From contig JASANG010002922.1 of NCBI GenBank assembly GCA_030248215.1, positions 372,001-436,000 on the forward strand: a stretch of 64,000 nt of DNA. Reading direction: 5' to 3'. Under the pieces are notes generated by a model that did not search any database, was not told where the DNA came from, and was given only the letters and a program-made list of their open reading frames with translations. Below are positions 16,901 to 30,330 of this stretch, piece by piece; position 1 is the first letter of the stretch; the number at the start of each line of letters is the position of its first letter. The stretch is from Enoplolaimus lenunculus (Eukaryota). A program made the translations under genes and the position numbers.

Positions 16901-19900
16901 CAATGGAACAAATTTAATGTGAAAAATGAGCACAATTTTCAACTTCAAATATTATTTGTAAGATACAAGATTTATCATCAGTTGGTGATAGGTGCTACAC
17001 ACATTTGACAATAATGGCATAGGCCTGTGTGTTCCAATTAGCGATAGGTTTTCAAACCGACGAACTCCTGCAATTGGAAATCTAAAAGCTGACTCAACAA
17101 TGGAACAAATTTAATGTGAAAAATGAGCACAATTTTCAACTTCAAATATTATTTGTAAGATACAAGATTTATCATCAGTTGGTGATAGGTGCTACACACA
17201 TTTGACAATAATGGCATAGGCCTGTGTGTTCCAATTAGCGATAGGTTTTCAAACCGACGAACTCCTGCAATTGCAAATCTAAAAGCTGACTCAACAATGG
17301 AACAAATTTAATGTGAAAAATGAGCACAATTTTCAACTTCAAATATTATTTGTAAGATACAAGATTTATCATCAGTTGGTGATAGGTGCTACACACATTT
17401 GACAATAATGGCATAGGCCTGTGTGTTCCAATTAGCGATAGGTTTTCAAACCGACGAACTCCTGCAATTGCAGATCTAAAAGCTGACACAACAATGAAGC
17501 AAATTGCATGCGAAAAATGATCACAATTTTCAACTTCAAATATTATTTGTAAGATACAAGATTTATCATCAGTTGGTGATAGGTGCTACACACATTTGAG
17601 AATACGGGCAGTAAGTTTCAAATAAGACTGTTGATATGAGTAGTTTAAATATCAAATAGGAAATTTGCAAGTCTAAAAGTACACGAGTACCAGCAAAATT
17701 AACCAGTCTCAATGCATATTAGTGACAAAGTATTTATATAAACCACAGTTATTTGATCGCAATAATCACAGAAGACGTTTCAGCCCAGCAAAGCTGGTTC
17801 TGTTCGGCGAGCAAATTAATTAAAAGTTAATCACTGTCAAAAATCAAACCGTAACCCTATGCCACTTACCACTTGGTTGCTTAGCAACAGTGTTTTGATT
17901 GGCAACGCATGTATACCAAAAGTAATCGTTTTGGAATGTCTCTCCGTTTCCGTATTCGACATCCTGCAATAGAAAATGAACCTCCCTAAAGCCTTATTTA
18001 CACGTGCAAGTTTTTGCTGCGAAAACTTGTGGCTGCACCTTGCAGTTGCAAGTTTTGTCCAAAATCCCGTTCGAAAAACTTGCAGCTGCAAATAATTCAT
18101 TAAAAATCATAGCTAGAAATTCAGTTCACATGTGTGAATAACCATGCAAGTTAGTTCCCTGAATTTATTGCAGCCACTTTCTCATTGGCTGATGAAAAAA
18201 TGCAACTTCTGCGTGCAATTTGCAGCTGCAAGTTATCGCAGCAAAAACGAGCCCGTGTGAATAGGGCTTTAGGGTTTTAAACTATAAAAAACCCAATAAT
18301 ATGGATAGCATCTAGTCTGTATTGGTTAGTAAATCACAACTGTTATAGCACTCAATATTACTCAAGTAAAAATATGTCAAATTTTTAAACCGGGAAAATA
18401 GAATTTATACGTGCAAAATTTTGATTTTAATACCTGTATTCTCAAATGTATGTAGCACCTATCAGCAGTTGGTGAAAATGTCCCTGGAAAGCTTGCGCTT
18501 AGTCTTAAACTTAGGCTTAAAATTGTGCCTATGTTTAGTCTTAGGCTTAGGTATAGTCTTGGGCCTAGCGAACCGGCCCTATTGACCACGTGGGCCAAAA
18601 TTTGAATAGACTGAGTCTGATCTGAAGCCTAAAATTAACTGAAATGGAAAATTTTTGCATAAAATTGATAACTCCAGTAACAACGAAATTATCGTACTCA
18701 AAATACTGAAGCATAGCGTTAGATTAATACTCATAATTTGTAAAACAGTAAATTGTTTATGAACCTAAGCCCAATCCTAAGTCTAAAACAGCATACCTCA
18801 TGCAGACAAGCGACCGCACGAACACGAACATCGGTTCCATTATCAGGGTTTGCAGCTTCACACATCATCACGTATCCGCTATCAGCAACCGGTAACTTCT
18901 CGCCAAAATGAACTCGTTTTCCGTCTCCAGTTGTACAGCCGGATAGAATAAAAATTCCCGATGTACAAAAATACCTAAAATGTAAATTTAGCATTACAAC
19001 CATATATATTTGCTAAATTTCGCCAATGTATAGAACACGACCGGAACAGTAGTATAAGCATATTCCTATAACCTAAGCCTAAGTCTAAGCAAAAAAGTTA
19101 GTCTAAAGCTTAAACTGACTCTATTACAGCCCCGCCGGATAACGATCCGGCCTGGTTCTGTACATGGGCCGGTGAATTTTAAATTTAAAACAAGCATTCC
19201 AATAGCGGTGCTCCAAGTTGAATTCGTTAATGGACCTTTGAGAGGGTTTCCGCCTAAGCGAAAATGAAGACTTTGGCATTATCCAGAACTTTGAATAAGG
19301 TAATCACGTTCTATTAAAAATTCGACGGGGTCTGTTTCTTGTGTTGCGAACTGGAAAAGTAAGTAAAAATGATTTTAACGGAAATCCGGAAATAGGGATT
19401 GAATCCTAAAATCCTTCCTTCTGCGGGACCACCATTGCGTTGAGGTCTTACTAAAAGGTTAGCGTTTGGACCCAACGAATGGCTGTATGTAACTGGCTCA
19501 TGCATAAATTTGTTACTTTATTGTATTAATACCCTCAACCAACTATTTATTTTTAAGGCAGGCACACCGATATGAAAGCTAAACGTCTTCGTGCGTTTGT
19601 TAAAATGGCTATTGTAGCATTTTAATATGAACACTTCTTTTCAAAACGCGAAAAGTGTTTTGTATTTTTGACACAATAGTTGACCAACGTAAACATCACG
19701 GGCGGAACGTTTTTCTGTAAAACTGCAATAGAGTAAGCTTCAGCTTTATACTATTTTTTTGCTTGGCTTAGGCTTAGCTTTAGGCTAAGAATGTGCTCGT
19801 TGTTACGCTTAGGCTTAAGCTTAGGCTTAGGCTTAGGAATATGCTCGTTCTTACGCTTAGGCTTAGGCTTAGGCTTAGGCTTAGGAATATGCTCGTGCTT

Positions 19901-22019
19901 ACGCTTAGGCTCATTCTTAGGCTTATTCTTAGGAATATGCTTAACTACTGTTCCGCCCCTGTTCTTTACATTGGCTCAATTGTTTACCAAAACATTCCAT
20001 GATCAACAAGTTGATTATTTTCGTATAGAATATCGTTCCAGTAGCATCCGTCTTGTATGCTGTTTTCCGTTAGAAGCTCACCGCCGTCTGGTAATGTAAC
20101 CGAATTCTGAGCCAAATTTCCAGCTGAAACAATTAAAACGAAGAGCCAATTTTGTTGCCCAATCGGCAAGAAGCTCAAACAGAAGATGGTCAAACCATTG
20201 CTTCTTTCAATGTCCTTTTATACTAAAGTGCAAGCCAGCGGCCAACAAGGGAGTTCATCTTGATCCGTTAAGGTTTGAGCCCACCATACGAAAGGCTAAA
20301 ATTCGCTTGGAATCTATTTGAAGTATTAGCATGTTATTTTTGAAAATGTTCAACGGGTTACACGTCAGATAAAGTGTACCCTACTGCTCAGCGAGAAGTT
20401 TTTAATTTTAGACATACTAATCTTCACTTGTATACATTGACTCTGGTCGAAACATGAGCTTACACCTAAACCTAAGGCTAAGCCTAAGAAAAGTCTAAAG
20501 CTTAAGCTTATGTGTCCATATATTGAACAAAATTGGTGTCTATTCTAATGAACTTTAGCTTTATGTAATTTCTTTGGCAGGACTATTTCCGCTTTAGGCT
20601 TCTGATTGTAACATTTTCAAAAATAACCGTCCGCAAACGAATAGCAAGTGATGTACCCCTTTGGAAAAGCGAAATGAAATATCAGACACCCCCGTCTTTT
20701 TTGGGCCAGACGACACAGCTACAAGTATTAGTACATTTGTGACGTCTTACGCTTCGATGGTAAGCTTTCAGGTATCTTTTCAGCTATCACGAGTCCAGGA
20801 AACAGCTCCAGATCCGGATTCGCTATTTCTTCAAGTCTATTCTCATTGGCCGCTTCGCGACTGAAATGCTGCACTGCTATTGGCGGTTGTTGAACCTGTT
20901 GTTGCAAGCTGGTTGTCGCGTCAAAAATAGGCAACAATGCATCTTTATACGGTTGTTCGTAATAGGTCATCGGATTGGGTGCTTGCTGAGATGCGAAATC
21001 AAATCGAAAACGACGCCCACCTAAAACATAATTTCTTACAATCAAGCTTGCGTTCCAAGCTTAGTTTGATCGTGCTTACATTGACACAATGTACAATGAA
21101 AGCTAAAGTATCCAAGCTTTGACCCAAACAGTAAAGTTTCAGGTTTCAGCAGCCATTTACGATTTGGGTAGAAATTCAGTTTTACATTAAAATTCACTGT
21201 GTTGAGATTTTTGAGTAATAAACTTTCTTAACGATAAATTTTGAAGTTCTGGTGGTATAAAGTTATATAGCTACAACGGCCCATATATAGAGCAGAGCCG
21301 GAACGTTTTCCGACGCGACTGTAATACAGTAAGCTTAATGCTTTAGACTAATTTTTTGCTTAGGCTTAGGCTTAGGCTTAGGTTTCGGCTGTAGGTATAG
21401 GATCATTTTCATGCTTAGGTTTAGGAGTAGAGTTTGGCTTAGACTTAGGAATATGCTTATACTACTGTTCCGGCCCTGATCTATAATACATTGGCCGCTA
21501 CAACAGTAGCTTAATGGCTTTCACGAAAAATTTGCTGCGGTTATGGTGCAATTTTAAACCACCTGCTGGAAATTGCAGAACACCAGCGTCAGCGGTGTTT
21601 TACAAAAGGAGAGAGAGCAAAGATGCCCTTCCCTCTCGAAAATTTGCTAGAGACAGAGAAAGTAACCATCAAAGCATTCAAAATATAACCTTAAATCAAA
21701 AAACATGAAAACATTTCGTGCTCGCTAACGTTCGTTCACTAAAAACTCTTATAATAGTTCCGGTTTTTTTCCAAAACGAAATTCCGGCTACGCCTTTGCC
21801 GGAACATTGATGACTCAAGTAACGTTAGCCATGCAGCCCTATTCGCGTCCGTTCGTTTGCTGCCTCAATTCAAATAGAAAGATTTGTGAAAATCAGTAAC
21901 TTAACGAATTTACTCTGTTCTCCGTACGGAAATGTCTGTCGCAGGTATTCGTCGTAACTTGTGTACGCACCACTCGCATAAATACAAGCCATTATCAGAT
22001 GTAACGTTAATATTTTCAT
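13986..22019 (-). CDS. Secreted MIG-18-like protein with tandem fibronectin-type-I-like (GC..G..W/Y.C) modules
   Basis: Exons 22019-21914, 21020-20751, 20123-19988, 18974-18797, 17963-17870, 16714-16560, 15720-15543 and 14422-13986 all join in phase. Signal peptide MKILTLHLIMACIYASGA. Modules include GCYWNDILYENNQLVDHGMFWYFC, GCTTGDGKRVHFGE..YVMMC, ACLHEDVEYGNGETFQNDYFWYTC, GCLHRDKGYKIGDNIVDSLYWFKC and GCVYNATNLFTDGDKYYDTGFIYRC. Confidence 0.85.
14848..15111. mobile_element. piggyBac-like MITE carrying a tRNA-like Pol III A/B-box segment
   Basis: TTAA|CCCTTTC...GAAAGGG|TTAA. Internal TAGCTCAGTGG (15007-15017) and GATCGAATC (15051-15059). A degenerate second copy lies at 62065-62327. Confidence 0.7.
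15754..15952 (-). mobile_element. Telomeric-repeat MITE, subfamily A
   Basis: GGCCAATGTAAA...TTTACATGGGCC; flanks GACAAACT / GACAACCT; GCCTAA repeats. Confidence 0.85.
16791..17608. repeat. 197-bp tandem repeat, about 4.1 near-identical copies, in an intron of the MIG-18-like gene
   Basis: TAGGTGCTACACACATTTGA recurs at 16791, 16989, 17186, 17383 and 17580. Confidence 0.95.
17990..18268. mobile_element. PIF/Harbinger-like MITE (same family as 9097-9292 and about 30429-30828)
   Basis: TAA|AGCCTTATTTACACG...CGTGTGAATAGGGCT|TTA; internal TTGCAGCTGCAA motifs. Confidence 0.8.
19682..19976 (+). mobile_element. Telomeric-repeat MITE, subfamily A, with an expanded internal array
   Basis: Degenerate GGCC ends; flanks CAATAGTT / CAATTGTT; three to four higher-order (TTAGGC)n-AATATGCTC units. 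Confidence 0.85.
21278..21496 (+). mobile_element. Telomeric-repeat MITE, subfamily B
   Basis: GGCCCATATATAGA...ACATTGGCC with a perfect 8-bp TSD GCTACAAC. Confidence 0.9.
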
Positions 22020-22299
22020 TTCAAAGTAATAAAATATTAATTTTAAGGCTGAGTATTTATTTTTGAAAAATAGTTCTAAATTATACAGTTTAGCGTTGAA
22101 TATTAAAATTGAAATTTCGAAATGATTTAACCCAATGCAAGATTAAACAGTCATGGTTCGATTGTTTGTATATATGTCGCAAGCAAATATGCTATTCAGA
22201 ACAATTACTAATTAACGCAGGCCAATTTGCTATTTCAGTTTGATATTTTGTTTGACCTAGGCTTATCTGATATTATAAATTGAATGTCCAATCATAGTT

Positions 22300-23100
22300 T
22301 ATTCGTCACGGTTGAAAAGTTTTGCACATCTGAGATTCTCGTAACCTCAGCTGATCATTCCACGCCCAAATTTGATTTTTTGAAAAATTCGATTTTTGAG
22401 GTTTCTCAAAATAACCCCCTTTGGACCCAAATAAGTTTTTATCAAAAAAGTTAAACAAATTATATATCACATTCGACGTAACTTGCTGAGCTGAGTGAAA
22501 TTGTGTTAAGATTTCCACCATCAGACTTGCAGCTAACGATGGTAATAACTGATTTGGCGTGCTGCCAATGATTTTGGACGGCGGAAAATTTCTTATTTGC
22601 AGTGTGCAACCAAAGGTAACAAATACCGGAGCTGGAGCTCAACGAAACTTGCCGGAGCCGGAGGTGAGACGAAATTATATAGTAAAAAGGATGGTTAATT
22701 AGTTAATTTCAGCCAATATCTGCAATATGTTGTTTAAGTTGCTTGGTTTTACGCTAATTTTCTGCGAAATTTCGGAAATTCTTTCTTGAAAATTGTGACA
22801 TAAGTAAAGGCCGATTTTCTGCCGTAGCCGGACCCTGCTTATTTGACTATAACTCGTTAGCCAGACGTCTGATGGCAGGAACCAGATATCGTAAACTATT
22901 CCACTCAGCTCGACAAGCTGCGTCTAATGGAATAGTCTAACTTTTTGACAAAAAAATTTTGGTGCCCGAGTGGGGGAACCTTGGGACATCAAAAATCGAA
23001 TTTTTCGAAAATTTAGATTTGAGCGTGGAATAATCAGGGAATATCATGAGAAGCTCAAATATGCACAAATTTGCAAAATCCAACCATTTTTAAACAAACG
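22300..23100. mobile_element. Degenerate long-inverted-repeat element hosting a nested hAT-like MITE (22600-22837)
   Basis: Arms at about 22310-22410 and 22980-23090 are reverse complements (ATTCCACGCCCAAATTTGATTTTTTGAAAAATTCGATTTTTG versus CAAAAATCGAATTTTTCGAAAATTTAGATTTGAGCGTGGAAT). The inner CAG...CCCTG element has a perfect TSD CTTATTTG. Confidence 0.7.
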
Positions 23101-23967
23101 CCGGCTGAGGGAGGATAAACCAAAAGACCCTTCCACCTTTACTCCCATTAAGATGAATCTCTTAATTGCTATTTGGCCAAGGCTAAATTGTCAACTATTG
23201 TTGCTTACAATAGCAGATTAATATATAAGCCACTAGAAGTTGTTTTAATCAGTAGATTCACCTATACGACACGACGTGCCTAAGCTAAATCCATTTACAC
23301 GGTAACAGCCAACTATCGTTTTCCTTCATAAACAGTGATCGACACAAAAATCACACTTTATATTTCTCAATTTTCGGTAAACTTCAAACTAATAAAATTT
23401 GTGTGAGAATACAATTGCAATATTATTAAATTAAATTTTCTGCAATTTTACAGTTTTCGAGGCTAGACTTTTCATCCTTATGACGGTTACAAACGTGTAC
23501 ATATGTGCAGTGCAAACTATAACGCAATGAACATGAAGACTAACCTAGTTTCATTATGCAATATTTGTTATGAACTAAATAGGCCAATATTTTCACTAAA
23601 TTTACAGAATAGCAGAAGTATAAACAAAAATTTTTCACATTAAAATAAAGTGCAGAACGAGTTGATTTTGAAAAATAGTAGATAGAATTTGACGTTTAAA
23701 ATAATTTCATGTCATTTATGGGACTGTTTGTTTCAATTTTTAATCGAACAATTGTCGCGTTGCTGTAGACTGCCAGATCTGACACAGAGCGGTACTACCT
23801 AAATATAGGATTTACAATTTCAGCAGACCAAGACAACTAAATGTACAAACTCAAAACGGAAGTCTGGTAAATACAAGAGTAGAACTTCCAAAGCTTTCAC
23901 ACGATGAGACAGCTGCCCAATAAATCCTTGCAAATTTAGATCCAAATAGCCAAACGCATCATACAAT

Positions 23968-24136
23968 GGCCCATGTATAGAACAGAGCCGGGGAACAGTA
24001 GTATCAGCATATTTTTAAGCCTAAGAGTATGGATGAGCCTATTGCTAACCCTAAGCAAAAAAATTAGTGTCAAGCTTAAACTGACCCTATTATAGCCTCT
24101 CCGGAAAACTAGCCGGCCCTGTTCTATACATGGGCC
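23968..24136 (-). mobile_element. Telomeric-repeat MITE, subfamily B
   Basis: TIR GGCCCATGTATAGAACAG / CTGTTCTATACATGGGCC. Confidence 0.85.
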
Positions 24137-25185
24137 ATCCAATTCTACATTTTCAAGGTTTCAGAAAAAACTATTAGTAGTAAAACCGGAACTCTCGGAA
24201 TGGGTACTGCTTCTTTAGGCTCGTGCTAATTTAGAGGTCTTTTCACTGGTACGCCAGAGTACTGGAGTATACATATAGTGAACATGCTATCATAGCTAAC
24301 ACGTTTTGCTTCACGAAGCACACAACGGCACTAACTTATTCAGCTCTTCATTATCCAACACCGTTTGCAATAATTTAATTTATCTAAACATACGTATTGT
24401 TATAAATAAATATCTATACTATAAGGCAGGCCCATACTTGTTTCACGACGGCGCTAGTCAACAGTGCGGCCGTATCGCACGCGACGGATGACATCAAAAT
24501 TTTGGCTCATGTAAAGATCAGGGCGGAACGTTTTTCTGTGGAACTGCAATACAGTAAATTTAAGCTTTAGACTATTTTTGTTAAGGCGTAGAAATAAGCT
24601 CATACTTACGCTGCCCTAGGAATATGCTTATACTATTGTTATGACTCTATACATTGGCCAAATTCGTAAAAAATATAGCGCCAGCCTTAGTCATACAAAT
24701 GATTTGCATGATTGAATAAACGCAGTGGTTGTCAGCAGTGTTTACACTACAAGATACCACTGGATCATTTTGTCAAACACTGCAGAGTCAGCATTTACGT
24801 TGACGGATATTAAACATCTGATACCTTTAAAACTTCCAACTTAATACTATTGCTGACAATTCTGAGAAGCTTATTACCTTTTTGCATCACATTCGAGCAT
24901 AAACATGCATTTACAATTTGTGAAAGATTAGCTTATAAACAGAGTAAATAAGTACACAACATTGCACAGTAACTTTCCATGCAATGAAAGCCTTGAAAAT
25001 TGTTAAAACTTTACAACGTCAGAATTTCGAGTACAGCGACAATTAAGGTTATGTTAAACCAAAAATATTGAATCTACGCCCCGCTTTCCACCACAGCTTA
25101 ACGCTTATCCAATAGGCGGAACACCCGTTGTATACCTAAAACAATACAGCCATAAATCTTTTGCACATATAGTAAATTAAGACAA

Positions 25186-28100
25186 CTATTTGACTGCTTT
25201 GCGTTCTGCCATTCGCGCTGCTGCTTTTTTCTTCATCTGTTGCAATCTGCGATCTGCAGACACCATGGTAGTCCGGGACGCACCACCAGGTTTTGACGAT
25301 GTATTGAGGGGCGGCGACGGCAATGGAATTAGCTGAAAACAAACCGCAAAAAGAACAGCGATAAAATCTTTCTCCTTAACATGAAAGATTTCATCTAAAA
25401 AATTAAAAATGATGTTTAGTCCAAACCATCATAAAACGCAACAAGTTTATTCCAATCAGACAGTTTTCGAACCGTTCCTTGAAACATTTTTTGGGCAGGT
25501 AACACATAATTCGTTCCGTAAAAGCTGGCCAAATAATCACAAGGCTTTGCATTTCCTTTCAACCTAAACAACCACGCTGTTTTTCTTCGATTTACCTTAG
25601 GACCCTTCGGCGCTGTCGGACTTATATTGATGTTAGTTTTGAGTTTCGATGCACCAGCCGAGATTTTATCTTTAGACACACGCCTGCTAGAAGCCGCCGC
25701 TAAAAGCGCACCACCCCCTTTAGCGACAATACTGCCAGGACCGTCCGCGACAACGGCTAAAACAATTAAATTTAAGGCAAATATTGCTAGTGTCGAATTG
25801 TCACATTTCTGACATAGTTCGATATCCGTTTAGACTATCAAATAATTCCAAGTAGTACGCGAGTGGAACTATACTTTTAGATAATTACAATGCCACACGG
25901 CACCAAAAATTAATATGCAAATAAATTCTTCTTATTTTCAATCGCGTACGATGCCGTGCGTCGACGGACTTAGCCGCACGATAAGGACAGCAGCAATCGC
26001 TTTACTGCAACGCAGTCAGTTACGAAATACAAGTCCAGCGCGCCATTAGCAACTTGCTAAACTGATCATTAACAGTGTCCCCTGCAGCAAAGACTTACAA
26101 AACCTATGTAAGGCCTTAAAATGCAGTTTCGATTAAAGTAAAACAATAGTGGCAACCTTAACCCACAGAATACAAATCTTCATACTACCGCAAACAAATT
26201 TAGTCTTCTAAACGAATTCTGTCAGCTTTAACAAATCAAAAATCGGCGTTTTTAACAATATTAAATTCGGCATAAAAATTTACACTAACGTACTTTTTTG
26301 TTTGCTTCCGGACGTATTTTTTGAGTCTGCTCTTTTAAGCTCTCGCGAAAACGACCTTTTCACAGTAGCGGGGGCTGGTTGTTTGCCTAGATTGGTGCTC
26401 GAATCCGAGTCACAGGACTAAAATTAACAGAATAATACAAGAAACAGTAAAGATTGCTGATTTAGCTAGTTTAAACCATTAAAATAAAAAAGCTATAAAA
26501 ACTTACCAAACACAGGTCTACGACACATTGTACACAACTGTGTGAATTTTGTAAAGCTCTGTTAGGAAAGCTTTTCAATATTAAAAATATTTCTCAAAGC
26601 CATGGCCATCGATTTCAGCGCTTTTTTCAACAACTAAGTGTATTTCTACGTTTAAACTGACTGCTCATTAATCCTATCATATCCGCGGTTTACTTTGCTG
26701 AAACTGCCCGAATCTGTACTCACATCAAATAAACTTGAACTTTCGCTATCGGCCGCATTTTGATTTTTCGAGCCCGTCTGCGAACTGTGAGTTGTTCCAG
26801 CTTTCAATAAATTTGAGCTGCTTTGGCTATGTGCCTTTGACGTCAGCGCTGGTTTATTTGCTTCTAAATCTGGCTGTGTTGAAGTTGTTGAGATTTTGCT
26901 ACCCGATGATAAATTTCCCGACAAAGCCGTCTGAAAGTGAAAAACAAACTGAATAACCCTGCACAGTAAAACATTCAAACATAAACGAACTATAAGTGGT
27001 ATTTAGTATTTTTGTTCATAATTAAAAGAAAGAGGCACAAAAAATCAAAATCAAACATATCATTACTTTTTGTAAGTAATGTCAGTAAACACAAACACTT
27101 AGGCAGCTACTACTAATTCTTCAGTTTTATTTCAAGAGCATTTTTTGTTTTCTCACCAAAGCATTTTCGTACCTGCAAATATACAAATGCTCCGCAACAT
27201 GTAATTCAAAAGTCCACAAATTTCACGCTAACCGAATACCGTAAAAATTTCTCATATTATTATAGTTCAAAAACAGTCACATTGACAAGTAGCACCATTG
27301 CAAATACTGTGTAGTGTGTACCAACCTTTTTACTGGCAGTTGGTTTGGATTGAGCAATTTCATTATCAGTTTTAATCCAGTTTGAATCTGAAAATTCTCC
27401 GGGTGCAAGCGAGCGTTTTACAGCCTTCGACGTCGAAAAATCTGAAACTACAAACACTTAAATTGAACGACGATTAAAACAAACGTTTACAAAACATTTT
27501 TTAACTATTCTTACCCCAGGGTTTTTAACAAATTCTTGGAGACTAAAAAATTTCATGTTTGTAGCCGAACGGGCTGAAACGTTTTGGGCAGCAAGTAAGA
27601 ACTCAACGAGGGAGTCAGGTTTGCTTATTGGCTGACTCAACTATAACTGCAATTGATCTTGAAAGCTCCGCTATATTTTAGAGGAACTCATGCGTTTCCT
27701 ACCCCCAAGAAGTGATGTGGGATATATGACAAAAACGCAACACGTTGCGGTACATTTTGTGCCACAGTAAAATTCGTAATTACATACTCCTAAATAAAGA
27801 ATCACCCTCCCCTGGTATTACCAAAAGTCTATATATAACAACTCTTCTCACATGAGTATACAGCTTCTTAAATTACTGTGGCACTAAATGTACCAGCGTG
27901 CATTGCATTTTTTATATCACCCATTTATGGGTGGTTGGATATTAGGTACACTGATAAATGGCGTCAGGAATATGCGAAGTGAACCATTTTTTAAAGCATT
28001 TTCTTTTAACGTTTTCCAATTTTGTGTGAACGGTTCTGAACAAAATCCAAGCACCTTTCAATTACGTTGGAAGCTTTCTACAAAACTAAGCCGTCAAAAA

Positions 28101-30330
28101 TGTAAATTAGTTTCTGCACCTTTACTATACTTTAACAATTTTTTTGCAAAAGCAGCGGCAGTTCGGTGCTGTTTTTTACAAGAAATGTACTCAGCTTCTT
28201 AAAAATTGTTCACCCAAGATTTGAAATGTAAACCAGCAAACGCGCAATCCGGTCAAGTACCAGTTTTCTTTCTTTGACTCACCGCTTCCTATATTTTCGC
28301 CGCCGATTTCAACCACATCAGCCGTGGCAGAAGACGGAGGAATGTCAAGTTTATCGTCTGCATTAGCTGAAGCCAACGTAGTCTTAACACGTTTAATAAC
28401 ACCTTGCTGTGTGAAACAAAAATAATTATTGTTCCCACTTGCCACCGGCGCAGTTTGTGGGGATTGATTAGCTGTAGCATCGGTGGTAGTCGAAGTGCTT
28501 GCGACCCCTTCCGTGTCAACATCATCTGATGGCTGGACACTACGAGGGGATGAACTTGAAGATGATTGTTGTGACGTTTTCAGTTTCCTAGTCGCTAGTT
28601 CCTAAATCAAAACTGGAATAGCTTTTAGGTCGTTTTATAGACAGGTTACGGCGAAACTAAAAAATATTGCAAGCAGCAGGAACTAAGTTCGTAACACATG
28701 AAAAATAGATCTTTAATTATTCATTTGCTATTCACTTTTGAAATTTTACGGTATGTAGCGAACGAATGTCATAGTAAAGCACATTGAAAAAGCCCAGTGT
28801 TGATACACTAAGTTATCCGAACATGACAGATTCCAAGCGCTAGGTAATGAGGATTGAACATTTCAGAAAACAGTTTACAACTTAATATTTTTGTATTGAT
28901 ATATACAGTAAGCCTTTAAAAATTTAACATGGCTTAAAATACAAAGTGTGCCATGACAGCCATATTGTTACTCCAGAGGACCAGAGGTGCGTAAAAATTG
29001 GACACCATCGTGTTTTCTTACCTTTTCCGCCTTCTGTGTCTTGAGTAGTTTTCTAGCGGCATCTTCTGCGGCTGAAGCCTGTTTAAAATAAAGGTATATA
29101 AAGTTTGTCCAAAATGCTGCTCTCTGCACACTAGTTCTAGTCTAACCACACCAGCTTACGGTTGTTACGGTTAAGTATAATTTTAAGATAAACTAGTTCT
29201 GCTATTTTATCGATCACCAGGATCAATTTTAATAGTCTCAACAATTTGCAGTGCTCCCATGAAATGTTTTTCAAAAAGTTTAGTCTTAATTTTTTACCAT
29301 TTTCTAAATGCTACCATCTCAAACGTTATTTGAAAATACAAGCCTAAACCTTCAACATTCTCTAAAGACATGTATGTATTGGTTGAAAGCATATATATAT
29401 TTCGTACTTTTAAATTTTCAACAAACTTGGCGCATGCTTCATGGTCAATGTATCCCTGGCTGTCGTAATATTCATACACCTTCAATACAAAAACATTTTA
29501 AGCGATTTGTAAACATTAGTTAACGTAGAAACTACAAATCCCAGTTCAGATAAAAAGTGCAAGTATAATCACTCGGACACAACAAATTTTATAACAGCAG
29601 CTGACTGACTGCAATACTAAAATAAATTAGATTCAGCTCAAAGCAGCCACCCCGCATTCCCCCATTTGGGGGGCCTACCCCAACCGGTTGAAACAAAAAC
29701 TGCTGAAGTTTTACAATGCGTCTGGCTTCTTGCTCGCTTCGCTCGCGCGTCTGGGGGGAGCAACATCCCCTGTCCGCTCCAGCACTGATTACACTAACAG
29801 GACTTTCTTAGCAATATGCACATAAATACAGGTCATGAAATGAAGATCACGAATGCTTGATCGTTAGTTATCAACATAAAAATAGTTTGAACCAATACGT
29901 AACGAAAATTAAAATATTTAATTTGCCGAAAGTTTTTCGCTCGTGTTTAAAAGGCGTTTGTAGTGTTTAATGTAAAAAAATGTCGTATCTCTGCTAAGAA
30001 TTGATAGTTAATTAAAAAATAAAACTAAAACAGCGCAGAATTTTATTATGCATTTCAAAATCATCAACTACAATACAAGTATATTTGTTCATTGCGGAAT
30101 GTTGAGCAGAAAAAAAGTAAAAAATTTTGTTTTGAAACCTTAGTCTGTATTTGCATCCTACTGATGCTCCAAAAGGGAGAACAGCTGAATACTGGGACTT
30201 GCCGAGAACGTAGCAGCACATTCCTGACACTTACTTCGTCATGCAGTTTATTCAGTCCATCGACGGATGCTGGATCTGAACTCTGAAGTAACTTCAATAT
30301 ACGGGCAAAATATTCTTCATTAAACTCCAT
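25186..30330 (-). CDS. INTS12: Integrator complex subunit 12-like protein (about 420-432 aa); no PHD finger found
   Basis: Exons 30330-30235, 29479-29408, 29078-29022, 28601-28283 (possible internal 36-nt GC-AG intron), 27441-27326, 26930-26724, 26417-26294, 25756-25596 and 25332-25186 join in phase. The N-terminus MEFNEEYFARILKLLQSSDPASVDGLNKLHDE resembles the INTS12 microdomain. The C-terminus SADRRLQQMKKKAAARM resembles the INTS12 KRLQMVKKKAA end. The middle is Ser-rich. Confidence 0.75.

Noticed and set aside
16791..17608. CRISPR-like periodic array
   Set aside because: Whole units are identical with no unique spacers, the context is eukaryotic and no cas genes are present.
25416..25595. 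Read-through extension of an INTS12 exon (RRKTAWLF...)
   Set aside because: A good donor at 25595 joins in phase to the terminal exon at 25332, so this segment is most likely intronic.
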